A DNA stretch of 64,000 nt from contig CAYXZA010000001.1 of assembly GCA_964469605.1 (NCBI GenBank), positions 71,274 to 135,273 on the forward strand, written 5' to 3'. This stretch comes from an uncultured Candidatus Saccharibacteria bacterium (GTDB lineage: Bacteria > Patescibacteriota > Minisyncoccia > Phycocordibacterales > DATDWN01). Under the pieces are notes generated by a model. The model had not been told where the DNA came from and did not search any database. It saw only the letters and a program-made list of their open reading frames with translations. The position numbers and the translations under genes were made by a program. This document shows positions 40,616 through 50,911 of the stretch, in pieces (the first letter of the stretch is position 1; every line of letters starts with the position of its first letter).

Positions 40616-41377
40616 TTAAAGTGGCTCAGATAGTTTTTGCCAATCATCTATTTTCAAATCTTCTGCACGAGAGTTTAGATCAATACCTAGTTTTTCAAAA
40701 GCCAGAGCAATCTGGTTTTTTGAATATAAAGAAAGTAGATTTCCAGAGAGTTTTTTTCTCTTGTGTGAAAACCCTAGTTTCACCAACTTAAAGAAAATAT
40801 CCATATTTTTAGGGCTTTCTTTGGAAATTTGACTTATTTTTAAAATAGCTGAATCAACTTTTGGTTTAGGATTAAAAGAACCTGCTTTAACTATTTTTAG
40901 TATCTGAGGTTTACCAAAAAACTTAACAGAAAGTGACAATATACTTTCTTTATCGTTTTTCGCTATTATCCTTTCAGCCACTTCTTTTTGAACAAGTAAA
41001 ACTGCTATTTTTGGTTTGTTTTTATTTTCTAAAAATTTTCTCAGGATTTCCCCTGTTATGTAGTAAGGAATATTTGCAATTAGTTTATAATCTCCAATAT
41101 CCCCTGTGTTAAAATCTAAAACATCCATTTGCAATATTTTTAATTTTTTAGCCTCTATCTCTTTTTGAAATTTTTCTTCAAGTAGAGAGATCATATCGGT
41201 ATCTTTTTCAATAGCTAAAACATTTGCTTTTTTAAGTAGTTTTTCTGTTAATACACCTTTTCCCGGGCCGATTTCAACAACTAGTTCATTTTCTTTTAAC
41301 TCACCAGCCTCAATCATTGAAAAAACAGCAGATTTTGAGGTTAAAAAGTGTTGACCTAATGATTTTTTAGCTTTCAT
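40616..41377 (-). CDS. rsmA: 16S rRNA dimethyltransferase RsmA/KsgA
   Basis: KKSLGQHFL, EIGPGKG, ANIPYYIT, QKEVAER, PKVDSA. Confidence 0.96.
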   Translation of the reverse strand: MKAKKSLGQHFLTSKSAVFSMIEAGELKENELVVEIGPGKGVLTEKLLKKANVLAIEKDTDMISLLEEKFQKEIEAKKLKILQMDVLDFNTGDIGDYKLIANIPYYITGEILRKFLENKNKPKIAVLLVQKEVAERIIAKNDKESILSLSVKFFGKPQILKIVKAGSFNPKPKVDSAILKISQISKESPKNMDIFFKLVKLGFSHKRKKLSGNLLSLYSKNQIALAFEKLGIDLNSRAEDLKIDDWQKLSEPL

Positions 41378-41404
41378 TTGTTATAAAAGGTAGCATATTT
41401 AAAC

Positions 41405-41428
41405 AAAATCTGCCAAATGGCAGATTTT
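41405..41428. terminator. Intrinsic terminator-like hairpin
   Basis: AAAATCTGCCA-AA-TGGCAGATTTT. Confidence 0.6.
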
Positions 41429-41444
41429 TGTTTAAGCTTCCGTA

Positions 41445-41777
41445 TTAGTCAAATCTTTTTCTTTTAGGTGGGTTTGTATTTACACCTCTGAGTTTATTAG
41501 GGTCACCACCAAGATCCCATCCTATTTTTTGAATTTTTCTAAATTGTTCTTTAGATATTGTTCCAAATCCACTTTTGCGACTTACCTTAACATCATTTTC
41601 TCCAATACTTAACACTTCCCCAACTTCTGTAGTTGTTGATTGTTCTGTTGAACCAGGACTTGTCATCCAACATTTGTCACCTTTTCTAAAGACAAGCGGT
41701 CCGTCTTCTTTTGGGTGTTTCATAGAAATAATATCTGTCGGTTCTCCTGGTGTATATTCAAATAAATTTTCTCTCAT
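41445..41777 (-). CDS. Hypothetical protein
   Basis: 110-aa ORF filling the intergenic space; no family recognised. Confidence 0.6.
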   Translation of the reverse strand: MRENLFEYTPGEPTDIISMKHPKEDGPLVFRKGDKCWMTSPGSTEQSTTTEVGEVLSIGENDVKVSRKSGFGTISKEQFRKIQKIGWDLGGDPNKLRGVNTNPPKRKRFD

Positions 41778-41801
41778 ATTTTTTAATTATATTATAACTT
41801 T

Positions 41802-42185
41802 TTAAACTACAATAATTTCATCGTGGTCTTCTGCTCCTTGAATTTCTCCCTCTTTAAATACACCATGCCAATTTTCATCAATAGGTAATTTATTTGGTAA
41901 GAATTCAAGAAATTTATCATATGTAAATATGGTTGTTCCATTAGTAGATTCAATACCTCTAACTAATATATGTGTAATTTTTCCGTTTTCATTTATTGCG
42001 AATTTATCAATTGTTATTTTATTATTTTCATCATATTCAAGTACCCCATGTTCATTTCTTTTGGTTGGTATAGCATCGCCAACTTTTAAATTTATTACAG
42101 ATCCATTTTTACTTGTAATTTGAATGGATAAACCTCTACTTTCTTCGTTATTTAACCAATGTGTTTCTGTTTCTATTTTTTCCAT
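41802..42185 (-). CDS. Hypothetical protein
   Basis: Likely start MEKIET; no family recognised. Confidence 0.6.
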   Translation of the reverse strand: MEKIETETHWLNNEESRGLSIQITSKNGSVINLKVGDAIPTKRNEHGVLEYDENNKITIDKFAINENGKITHILVRGIESTNGTTIFTYDKFLEFLPNKLPIDENWHGVFKEGEIQGAEDHDEIIVV

Positions 42186-42211
42186 AATAATTAAATTATA
42201 CACCTACTATT

Positions 42212-44167
42212 TTAAAAGTCTATTTTAAAATAACTACCAGTGTTGAAAGATATTAAATTTTTCTTTTCATATTCTTTCAAATCCTCATCTATCTCCTCTA
42301 TAAACCTAGATGGACTGTTTATTTTTTTCTCTCCAAATATCACCCTGGTTTGACTATGACAAAGGTAAAGCTTTTTCTTTGCTCTGGTTATGGCAACATA
42401 ACAGAGTCTCCTTTCCTCTTCCTCATCTTTTTTATCCTTTTGTTTTCCAAATCTTTGGTGAGGAAAAAGATCTTCTTCAAGTCCTGATATGAAAACCGTA
42501 TCAAATTCCAAACCTTTACTTCCGTGAACTGTCATAAGTTTAACCCCTTCTTTTTCTTTTTTCATCTCATCTTCATCTGTCAGCAAGGAAACTTCTGTTA
42601 AAAACAATTCCATACCATCTTCACCAAAAGTAGAGTCATAATATGTTCCAAGAGAAACAAGCTCCATTATATTCTCTAACCTCTCAAAATCCTCCTCTTT
42701 TTTGCTCTCTTGAAGTTCTTTTTTTAATCCAGATATCTCTATTGTGTATCTTATGGAGTCTGAAACTTTATTTGTTTTAATAAAATCAGCTATTTTTTCA
42801 AGTATTTTTCTAAAATTCTCTATTTTTTCTTGTGTTTTAAATGGTAGTAAATTTTCTTCTCCGCTTTTTATTTTTAAAATACTAGTCTTGCCTATTCCTC
42901 TTGCGGGAACATTTACAACTCTTATAAAATCACCAAAATTATCTTTATTTAAAGATGCTTTGATATAGGAAATACAATCTTTAACCTCTTTTCTTTCAAA
43001 AAATTTTGTCCCAATCATTTGATAAGAAACTGCATAGGCTAAAAATGCCTCTTCAAGTATTCGCGATTGAAAATTTGCTCTGTATAAAACAGCAATTTCA
43101 CTAGGTTTTTTGCCAGCTTCTATGAGTTCTTTTGACTTTTGAGCAATAAAATGAGCTTCATCGGCTTCTGTAAAACCCTCAAATATGCTTATTTTCTCAC
43201 CTTCATTGTTTAATGTGAAAAGATTTTTATCTATTCTCTGGTTATTTTTTTGTATGATTTGGTTTGATGCAGATATGATGTTTTTTGTTGATCTGTAATT
43301 TTGTTCAAGTAGTATGACTTTGCATTTTTCGTATTTTTTTTCAAAAAGAAGCATATTTTTAATATCAGCACCTCTCCAAGAATAAATATTTTGATCACTA
43401 TCCCCTACAACACAAATATTTTTATATTTTTCTGCTATAAGTGAGACTATTTTATCTTGAACTTTGTTTGTATCTTGATATTCATCTACACTTATATACC
43501 TAAATCTTTCTTGATATTTATCTAAAACATCCCTGTTTTTTTCTAGCAGTTTAAGTGTTATCAAAAGTAAATCGTCAAAATCCAAAGACCCTTCTTTTTT
43601 CTTTGTTTTTTCATATATATCCCAAACTTTTTTAGTTAAATCTATTGAAAAATCATTAAAACTCTTGTTTGAAAACTCTTCTAGATCAACTCCAAGGCTT
43701 TTTTCAGAGCTTATTATTGCTGAAACTTTATCTAGGTGTTCTTTTGGGTCATAAGAGAGCTCTTCAAGTGCCTTTTTTATAATTTTTTTTGAGTCAGATT
43801 TGTCTAATATACTAAAATGTCTGGGTATTTTTAAAATATCAGCATTTTCTTTAAGTATCAAAACTCCCAATGAGTGAAATGTTTTAATTGTTGGAAATGT
43901 CTTTTGTGACTTTAAAAAAAGTTCCTTGTTTTCTAAAAGCATACTCTCTATTCTATTTTTCATTTCTTTACCAGCTTTGTTTGTAAAAGTTATAGCTAGT
44001 ATTTCAGATGGAGAAACTCCATTTTCAATAATCTTCATTATTCTGTGGGTTATGGTTTTTGTTTTCCCAGCTCCGGCTCCGGCAACTAAAAGCAGTGGTC
44101 CCTCTGTGCAAAGGACAGCTTCTTTTTGTTTTTCATTCAATCCTTCTAAAAATTTACTATTCATCAC
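42212..44167 (-). CDS. pcrA: UvrD/PcrA family helicase
   Basis: AGAGAGKT, TFTNKA, VDEYQD, NYRS, HGSKGLEF, YVAITRA. Confidence 0.93.
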   Translation of the reverse strand: MMNSKFLEGLNEKQKEAVLCTEGPLLLVAGAGAGKTKTITHRIMKIIENGVSPSEILAITFTNKAGKEMKNRIESMLLENKELFLKSQKTFPTIKTFHSLGVLILKENADILKIPRHFSILDKSDSKKIIKKALEELSYDPKEHLDKVSAIISSEKSLGVDLEEFSNKSFNDFSIDLTKKVWDIYEKTKKKEGSLDFDDLLLITLKLLEKNRDVLDKYQERFRYISVDEYQDTNKVQDKIVSLIAEKYKNICVVGDSDQNIYSWRGADIKNMLLFEKKYEKCKVILLEQNYRSTKNIISASNQIIQKNNQRIDKNLFTLNNEGEKISIFEGFTEADEAHFIAQKSKELIEAGKKPSEIAVLYRANFQSRILEEAFLAYAVSYQMIGTKFFERKEVKDCISYIKASLNKDNFGDFIRVVNVPARGIGKTSILKIKSGEENLLPFKTQEKIENFRKILEKIADFIKTNKVSDSIRYTIEISGLKKELQESKKEEDFERLENIMELVSLGTYYDSTFGEDGMELFLTEVSLLTDEDEMKKEKEGVKLMTVHGSKGLEFDTVFISGLEEDLFPHQRFGKQKDKKDEEEERRLCYVAITRAKKKLYLCHSQTRVIFGEKKINSPSRFIEEIDEDLKEYEKKNLISFNTGSYFKIDF

Positions 44168-44250
44168 AGTATTTTAACATAGTATTTTTATTTTTAATTA
44201 TAATTATAAATAATAATAAAAATGTTTGGTTAAAAATACTCTATAAATAA

Positions 44251-44380
44251 TTGACATGTTGTCATGTATTATTGTATAATATGTGTGTTATTAGTAGCCA
44301 GTGGCAAAAGCCTTAAATTTCCAAGCTGGTATCTATAACAAGCCCTTTGCTACGGCATTGGGTTCTCTACGGAGAAAAAA
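44251..44380 (+). promoter_or_regulatory. Sigma70 promoter, operator-like palindrome and structured leader
   Basis: TTGACA-18-TATAAT; TGACA-TGT-TGTCA inverted repeat over the -35; leader hairpins with TACG loops, the last covering GGAGA. Confidence 0.65.
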
Positions 44381-44989
44381 ATGACACTTTTTGTGATAGT
44401 CACGGCGGTGATCTGCTCGTGGTATTACTTCTCAGTTGTGGTGCCTCGGCGTAAGGAACGAGAGAGGTTCGACAAGGCTCTCGGGGCTTACAATACCGAG
44501 CGGGATCGGGTTGAGGCTCTGCCAAGACTCGACACTCGTTGGCTGATGCGTGTACCGGGGGAAATAATGGACAAGAATTCGATTTGCCGCTCCTACGGGA
44601 CGCGATATGATCGGATTTTCATCGTCGATGAATGCGGTAACGGGTGGGTTGGATTGGTCACCCCGGAAATTCTCAAAGACTTAACAGCTGGAGAGTATAT
44701 CCGTTGTAACTACTTCATTCCCTTTCGGGGTGATGGTGAATCCAGTGCTGGAAAACCAGTGACTGTCGACAACCAGATAATCTATGTTTATCCTATCTGG
44801 ATGAATGAGGGAGTCAACACCCTAGACTGGAGTCTGTGGGCACGAATCGAGAAAAACTTTTACAAGCATTTGCAGCAATGGAACTATCAGTCTGGTCTCG
44901 GCGAGCTCAACGGGCATATGCAGGAGTTTTGCGAGAAGCGGGATCATTTCAACAGACTCGCTGCTGTGGTGGGGATTGAGGTGAAGTAA
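44381..44989 (+). CDS. GC-rich hypothetical protein with N-terminal TM
   Basis: SD-led ORF, visibly higher GC than its flanks. Confidence 0.7.
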   Translation: MTLFVIVTAVICSWYYFSVVVPRRKERERFDKALGAYNTERDRVEALPRLDTRWLMRVPGEIMDKNSICRSYGTRYDRIFIVDECGNGWVGLVTPEILKDLTAGEYIRCNYFIPFRGDGESSAGKPVTVDNQIIYVYPIWMNEGVNTLDWSLWARIEKNFYKHLQQWNYQSGLGELNGHMQEFCEKRDHFNRLAAVVGIEVK

Positions 44990-45507
44990 TGAAAATTATC
45001 TCAATTCTCACTGCTCTGTTTCTTGTTGGTTGTGGTGGTAAGCAAAAAAAAGCTGAAAGCCACAAAGACACACCGATCAAAACAACAATCCCAGCACAGG
45101 TGGTCCATGAGGTGAAGAAGGTGGGGCCTGGATTCTGGAAAGAGTTCGGGGTCTCTAGTTCTGTGTATCGCCCTGATGTTGAACATGGAAGTGTATATGG
45201 TGTAGATGGATCGTTACTTGCCTTCAAGACCATTGATGGTGTGGTCTGGTTCGGAAACTTCGAGCCACGAGACAACAAACCTCCGCTCGAAACCCGCAAG
45301 GTGTACCTTGTGTGCATAAGTGGCAACCCTGCAAAAGGTTGTGGTTACGCAATGCGCAACTTGGCCGTCGCTCCGCCACAATGTGTGCTGGAGGAAAGAG
45401 TCGTGGGTTGGAAGGAAGCCCGAGGCTTCCTGGAGCCCAGGACTCCAAATTCAGAACTCTTTTGGCTGAATATCGAGGACTTTCTTCGATCTAGAGAATG
45501 GAAGTAG
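44989..45507 (+). CDS. GC-rich putative lipoprotein
   Basis: Lipobox FLVGC; start overlaps the upstream stop (TAATG). Confidence 0.7.
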   Translation: MKIISILTALFLVGCGGKQKKAESHKDTPIKTTIPAQVVHEVKKVGPGFWKEFGVSSSVYRPDVEHGSVYGVDGSLLAFKTIDGVVWFGNFEPRDNKPPLETRKVYLVCISGNPAKGCGYAMRNLAVAPPQCVLEERVVGWKEARGFLEPRTPNSELFWLNIEDFLRSREWK

Positions 45508-45541
45508 AGTGTAAGTAAAAGTCTCGCTACTATGCGAGCAT

Positions 45542-45571
45542 AGCCCGCTCTTCGGAGCGGGCTGTTTTTTT
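45542..45571 (+). terminator. Intrinsic terminator
   Basis: AGCCCGCTC-TTCG-GAGCGGGCT followed by a T-run. Confidence 0.9.
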
Positions 45572-45614
45572 AAATAAAGACTTTCAGTTTAATTTTGTAT
45601 TTTACAGTTTGCTG

Positions 45615-45690
45615 TTGACAATCTCATTTGGTTTTGGTAATATATAGAAGTCAGATTGTTTAGTTTCGCCCGAAAGGCGAATAATTTTTT
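45615..45690 (+). promoter_or_regulatory. nusA promoter and leader hairpin
   Basis: TTGACA-17-TAATAT, then TTCGCC-CGAAA-GGCGAA with an interrupted T tract. Confidence 0.6.
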
Positions 45691-45740
45691 ACCAAAATTC
45701 AAGTAAATTTTAAAAATATTTAACAGTTAAATTATATATT

Positions 45741-46907
45741 ATGTTTGATCTAAAAATAATAAATTCAGTAATGACTCAACTTCAAGAGGAAAGAGGTATT
45801 CCAAAAGAGAAAACACTTGAAGCTATAGAGATGGCTCTTGCTACTGCTTATAGAAAAGAATATGGCAAAAAAGGCCAGATAATAAAGGCTAAATTTGATC
45901 TTAATTCTGGAAAAACAGAGTTTTTTCAAGTGAAAATCGTTGTTGATGAAACAATTGTTTTGATGGATTTTCCAGATGGTGAAGCTCTTCCGGAGGGTAA
46001 GGTTTTGTATAACCCAGAACATCATATGATGATCTCTGATGCTAAATTTATAAAAAAAGATGCTTCTTTGGGTGAAGAAATAGTCTTCCCTCTTGAAGAT
46101 AAGGCAGATTTTGGAAGAATTGCTGCTCAAACTGCAAAGCAAATAATTATGCAAAAGATAAGAGAAGCTGAAAAAGTTTCTGTCTTTGGTGAATATGGCA
46201 AAAGAGAAGGTGAAATTGTCTCTGGAACAGTTCAAAATATTGAGAGAGGAACGGTTTTTATTGATATGGGTAGAGCAACAGGAATACTGTCTTATGATGA
46301 ACAAATACCAGGAGAAAGATTCTCACAAGGTGAAAGAGTTAAAGCATACTTGTTTCAAGTTGATGAGTCTCCAAAAGGTGTGTTTTTGAAACTATCAAGA
46401 TCACATCCTAGATTTTTGGAAAAACTTTTTGAAGCAGAAGCACCGGAGCTTGTAAACGGCACCGTGATTATAAAATCTGTTGCAAGAGAAGCTGGTTCAA
46501 GAAGTAAAGTGGCTGTTTTTGCTTCCGATTCTCATATAGACCCTGTTGGCTCTCTAGTTGGTCAAAAAGGTGTTAGAGTTTCAACTGTTATGTCAGAGTT
46601 AGGTGGTGAAAAAATAGATGTAATAGAATACAGTGAAGATCCTACAAAATTTATAGCAGAAGCACTCTCTCCTGCTAGAATATTAAATATTGATGTAAAT
46701 GAAGATGATAAAATTGCAAAAGTTGAAGTTTCAGAAGATCAACAGTCTCTTGCTATCGGAAAAGGTGGTCAAAATGTTCGTCTTGCTGCAAAATTGACAG
46801 GTTACAAGATAGATATATCATCTTCTGGTGCATCTTCTGAGGATTCAGAAGATGAAGGTTTTATAGATTTAAAGACTGCTATGGAAAATACTGATTTTTC
46901 AGAGTAA
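45741..46907 (+). CDS. nusA: Transcription factor NusA
   Basis: FGRIAAQTAKQ, S1 domain, AREAGSRSK, AIGKGGQNVRLA. Confidence 0.97.
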   Translation: MFDLKIINSVMTQLQEERGIPKEKTLEAIEMALATAYRKEYGKKGQIIKAKFDLNSGKTEFFQVKIVVDETIVLMDFPDGEALPEGKVLYNPEHHMMISDAKFIKKDASLGEEIVFPLEDKADFGRIAAQTAKQIIMQKIREAEKVSVFGEYGKREGEIVSGTVQNIERGTVFIDMGRATGILSYDEQIPGERFSQGERVKAYLFQVDESPKGVFLKLSRSHPRFLEKLFEAEAPELVNGTVIIKSVAREAGSRSKVAVFASDSHIDPVGSLVGQKGVRVSTVMSELGGEKIDVIEYSEDPTKFIAEALSPARILNIDVNEDDKIAKVEVSEDQQSLAIGKGGQNVRLAAKLTGYKIDISSSGASSEDSEDEGFIDLKTAMENTDFSE

Positions 46908-46948
46908 TTTTAAAATATAGGTATAAAAAAGCGACTCAGGATATGTAC

Positions 46949-47059
46949 CTATCCCTTAAAAGCATAATATTTAGAACACGGATAAATTTTTACTAAAATT
47001 TTCCTCGTGCTCGGTAGAGTCACTCGCAAGTTTCTAAACATTATACTTTTAAGGGATAG
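46949..47059 (-). repeat. Dispersed structured element, copy D
   Basis: 28-bp outer inverted repeat (two mismatches, G.U on minus) around the reverse-complement core. Confidence 0.9.
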
Positions 47060-47194
47060 TGTATCAAGAACCAAGATATACACCGAAAAGACTCTTTTAA
47101 AGAGTTTTTTGTGATATAATTTTAGGTAGTGATACGATGTTATCACTACTTTGTAATCAAGTATAATCTAAATTATTTTTTAACTTTAAAACAT

Positions 47195-47899
47195 ATGAAT
47201 AAAAAATTATTGATGTCAATTATGGTATTTGCATTTTTGCCAATATCTTTAACTTTTGCAGAAGATGGTAGTTCTTCGTCTACAACACCCAAACCTCCTA
47301 TAAGAAGAGAAGAAATGAGAGAGTTTAACAATGGTATAGGAGATCAAAGAAAAGAGATGAATGAAAAGATAAGGAATGAAAGAAAAGAGATGAACAAGGA
47401 TTTTGTAGAAAATATGAAAAATGCATCTTCTTCAGATCAACGAAAAACTATTATTGATCAAAGAAAAGAAGATGGTCAAAAAATGAGAGAAAATGCCAGT
47501 TCAACAAGAAGAGAATTTAATGAAAGAGCTAAGGATATGAGGATTCAAGAGAGAATGAAAGCAAATTTCAGAGTAAATTTAATGAAAATTGAGGCTAATA
47601 TAAATAGAATATCTAAATTGATAGAAAAACTTGATTCTAGGATAGCTAAACTAAAAGAAGTTGGGGGAACATTTTCAACAGCAGAAGGATTATCTGCTGA
47701 GGCAAAACAACATTTATCTGATGCTAAGACTTCATACGAATCTCTAAAAACAATGGAACCAAAAGAAGAAAATAAAGAAACTATAAAAAAGAGTATGGAA
47801 TCTATTAAAACTCACCTAGAAGAATCAAGAAAAGCAATAGATCTTGCTGTTAAGTCTTTGAAAAAACCAGTTACTGCTTCAACAACAAAAACAAATTAG
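47195..47899 (+). CDS. Secreted coiled-coil protein
   Basis: Signal peptide ending TFA; R/K/E-rich helices; repeated NASS. Confidence 0.7.
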   Translation: MNKKLLMSIMVFAFLPISLTFAEDGSSSSTTPKPPIRREEMREFNNGIGDQRKEMNEKIRNERKEMNKDFVENMKNASSSDQRKTIIDQRKEDGQKMRENASSTRREFNERAKDMRIQERMKANFRVNLMKIEANINRISKLIEKLDSRIAKLKEVGGTFSTAEGLSAEAKQHLSDAKTSYESLKTMEPKEENKETIKKSMESIKTHLEESRKAIDLAVKSLKKPVTASTTKTN

Positions 47900-47928
47900 T
47901 TAAATTATAAAAATAATAAAAAATAAAA

Positions 47929-48258
47929 ATGGAAAATCAAACTCAAAATCCTAACCCTGTAAATCAACCTAATGTTGTTTTAAATCAGGTTGCTTCACAA
48001 CCATCATCATCTACTGGTTCTATTATGGCTACTATTATTGTTATAGCACTTCTCATTTTAGGAGGACTTTATTTTTGGGGTAAAAGAATCGAGACTCAAA
48101 GAGAAAACCAAAAAGCTCTTTTAGAAATCTCAAATATGGAAAATGCGGCTGCTGTTGAGATTTCAAATATAAACAATATCAGTGCAGATGATAGTCTAGA
48201 TTCTCTCCAAAAAGATATAAATTCTACAAATATTGATTCTATAGATTCAAATATATAA
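47929..48258 (+). CDS. Small single-TM protein
   Basis: GSIMATIIVIALLILGGLYFWG. Confidence 0.7.
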   Translation: MENQTQNPNPVNQPNVVLNQVASQPSSSTGSIMATIIVIALLILGGLYFWGKRIETQRENQKALLEISNMENAAAVEISNINNISADDSLDSLQKDINSTNIDSIDSNI

Positions 48259-48337
48259 GAAATTTCTTTATATGATGCGTTCTGAAAAAATCCACAAAAA
48301 GTGGATTTTTTCTTTTTTTTAAGATAGACTGGGTTTT

Positions 48338-49429
48338 ATGAAAAAAGAAGATATTAAAAATTTAAAAAAAGAAGATGTTGGGGATAAAAAAATCTCTGTT
48401 ACGGGAGAGATCGATAAAGATGTTTTAAACAGTGCTTTTAACAAAGCTCTTAAAGAGATAAAGATTACATTTGAAGCAGATGGTTTTAGAAAAGGTTTTG
48501 TTCCTGAAAGTGTTATTTTATCTAAAATTGGTGATATGAAAGTTTTACAGGCTGCTGCTGAGGATCTGCTAAATGAAGCATATAAAGTTATTGTTGATGA
48601 GTTTAAAATAGATCCAATTGGTAGACCAGAGATATCTATAAACAAGATTGCAAAGGATAATCCTCTAGGATTTTCAATGGTTTTTTATTTAAGACCTGAT
48701 GTTAAATTGGGAGACTATAAATCAATTGCTGGTGTGGAAAATAATAAACCAGAAGAAGATTTTGTTGTATCTGAAAGTGAGGTTGATGATGTTGTAAAAG
48801 AGTTAAGATATCAGATTGCTCATTCTAAAATGCACAATGAAAGTGGTCTTTCTGAAAATGATCATAGTCACAAAGAGATAAAAGATGAAGATTTACCGGA
48901 GGTTAATATGGATTTTGTTAAACTATTTGGATCATTTTCTAGTGTTGATGATTTTAGAGAAAAGATAAAGTTAAATATTAAAGAAGATAAAGATTTTAAA
49001 GCAAAAGATAAAAAAAGAACCTCTCTTTTAGATGCTGTTGTTGAAAAATCAAAAATTGAAATGCCTGAGATTGTTATTTCAGGTGAGGTTGAAAAGATTA
49101 GAGCTCAATTTGAAGATGATCTAAAAAAGACAGGTCTTTCTTTTGATGGTTACCTATCTCATATAAAGAAAACAGAAGATGAAGTTTTGGAATCTTGGAA
49201 ACCTTTGGCTAAAAAAAGAGCAGAAACTCAACTTGTATTGTCTGCTATCGCCAGAGAGGAAAAAATAGAACCAAAAGAGGAGGATATTAAAAGAGAGGTT
49301 GATAATATTGTGTCATCTGTTAAAGGTGCTGATAGATTTAGAGCCAGAATGTATGTTGAAAATTTCTTGACTAATGATCTGGTTATAAAATTTTTAGAAT
49401 CTATAAAAACAGACTCAAAGCAACAATAG
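48338..49429 (+). CDS. tig: Trigger factor lacking the PPIase domain
   Basis: DGFRKGFVP, PIGRPEI; no FKBP insert; near clpP. Confidence 0.9.
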   Translation: MKKEDIKNLKKEDVGDKKISVTGEIDKDVLNSAFNKALKEIKITFEADGFRKGFVPESVILSKIGDMKVLQAAAEDLLNEAYKVIVDEFKIDPIGRPEISINKIAKDNPLGFSMVFYLRPDVKLGDYKSIAGVENNKPEEDFVVSESEVDDVVKELRYQIAHSKMHNESGLSENDHSHKEIKDEDLPEVNMDFVKLFGSFSSVDDFREKIKLNIKEDKDFKAKDKKRTSLLDAVVEKSKIEMPEIVISGEVEKIRAQFEDDLKKTGLSFDGYLSHIKKTEDEVLESWKPLAKKRAETQLVLSAIAREEKIEPKEEDIKREVDNIVSSVKGADRFRARMYVENFLTNDLVIKFLESIKTDSKQQ

Positions 49430-50099
49430 GTGCAGTTTCAGCTCTAAGTATTTGAGGTCCAATAGAAAAACCATAAACATTGTATTTCTCAAATATTTTT
49501 AGATCATTTTCTCCGAAACCACCTTCTGGGCCTATAAATATGGCTATTGATTTTTGATTGTTATTTGATTTTAAGTATTCTTTGATAGGTGGTCTGTTTG
49601 GGTCAAGAAATATTTTTTCTTGTGGCAAAATACCGCTTTCCAATAGTTTTTCAATATCGTATATATCTAAAATATTGGTCAAATCCCCTCTTCCAGACTG
49701 TTCACTTGCTTCTTTGATAATTTTCTCTACTCTTTTAGTATTTAGATTTTTTTTCTCACTTCGCTCTGTTTGTATTGGGACTATTGTGTTTACCCAAAGT
49801 TCTGTTGCTTTCTCGGTTACAAATTCAAATTTATCTTTTTTTATCATTGACATACAAAGCCAAATACTTTTTTCTGATTTTTGGATCTCTCTGCTTTTGA
49901 TGATTTCAAGTGTTGCCCCTAGATTTCTAAGTGATGTTATGACAGATAAATACTCTAAACCACTTCCATCAAATACTATAACCTGACTACCAACATTGTA
50001 TCTGAAGACCTTTTTCCATTGAAAAACAAGATCTTTGTCGTCTATATCAAATTTTTTACTCTCTATTTTTTTGTTTATATAAAACCTGTGAAGTCTCAT
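49401..50099 (-). CDS. rsmE: 16S rRNA m3U1498 methyltransferase RsmE
   Basis: EKATEL, EASEQSGR, IGPEGGF, ILRAETA. Confidence 0.93.
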   Translation of the reverse strand: MRLHRFYINKKIESKKFDIDDKDLVFQWKKVFRYNVGSQVIVFDGSGLEYLSVITSLRNLGATLEIIKSREIQKSEKSIWLCMSMIKKDKFEFVTEKATELWVNTIVPIQTERSEKKNLNTKRVEKIIKEASEQSGRGDLTNILDIYDIEKLLESGILPQEKIFLDPNRPPIKEYLKSNNNQKSIAIFIGPEGGFGENDLKIFEKYNVYGFSIGPQILRAETAPIVALSLFL

Positions 50100-50180
50100 T
50101 GATATATTTAAACATATTTGCCTTTTGTTTACTATGGTGATACAATAGTTAACATATTAACAATTAAATTTTGAAATTTT

Positions 50181-50759
50181 ATGAGTATATTGATTCCAAC
50201 AGTTATTGAAAAGACAAATCTTGGAGAAAGAGCTTATGACATCTACTCTCGCCTACTTAAAGACAATATTATATTTCTAGGTGGCCCAATAGACGATCAT
50301 ACAGCAAATCTAGTCATAGCACAGCTACTTTTCTTGCAATCAGAAGATCCTAAAAAAGACATTTCCCTATATGTAAACTCTCCTGGCGGTTCCGTGACAG
50401 CTGGACTAGCTATCATAGACACAATGAATCATATTAAAAACAATGTTTCAACTGTTTGTGTTGGTTTAGCTGCTTCTATGGGAGCAATGATTTTATCTAG
50501 CGGAGAAAAAGGAAAAAGATATAGTCTTTCTAATGCAGAGATTATGATTCACCAACCTTGGGCAGAGGGTATAGGAGGACAAGCAACAGATATAGAAATA
50601 AGAGCAAAACATATTTTAAAATCAAGAGAAACTTTGAGTAAAATATTGGCTAAAAATACAGGACAACCGCTTTCAAAAATAGAAAAGGATGTTGACAGAG
50701 ACTTCTTTATGTCAGCAGAAGAAGCTAAAAAATACGGCATAATAGACAAAGTTCTATAA
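50181..50759 (+). CDS. clpP: ClpP protease subunit
   Basis: [25 protein letters not shown]. Confidence 0.97.
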   Translation: MSILIPTVIEKTNLGERAYDIYSRLLKDNIIFLGGPIDDHTANLVIAQLLFLQSEDPKKDISLYVNSPGGSVTAGLAIIDTMNHIKNNVSTVCVGLAASMGAMILSSGEKGKRYSLSNAEIMIHQPWAEGIGGQATDIEIRAKHILKSRETLSKILAKNTGQPLSKIEKDVDRDFFMSAEEAKKYGIIDKVL

Positions 50760-50911
50760 TTCTTGTATATTTATATTGTAGGCCTGTTTAGGCTTTACAA
50801 ATTTGTCAAATTAATTTTTAACTACTGTTTTGGACTTTAATATACTGAAATCCTGAATCTTAAAACATAAAACATAAAATTTAAATCTAAAAACGGCAGT
50901 TGCAAACCTAT

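Noticed and set aside
49401-50099. RsmE KATELW in place of the usual KATELG as a sign of recoding
   Set aside because: It is a single TGG codon; other Gly and Trp motifs are normal and TGA acts as a stop, so a point change or sequencing error is more likely.
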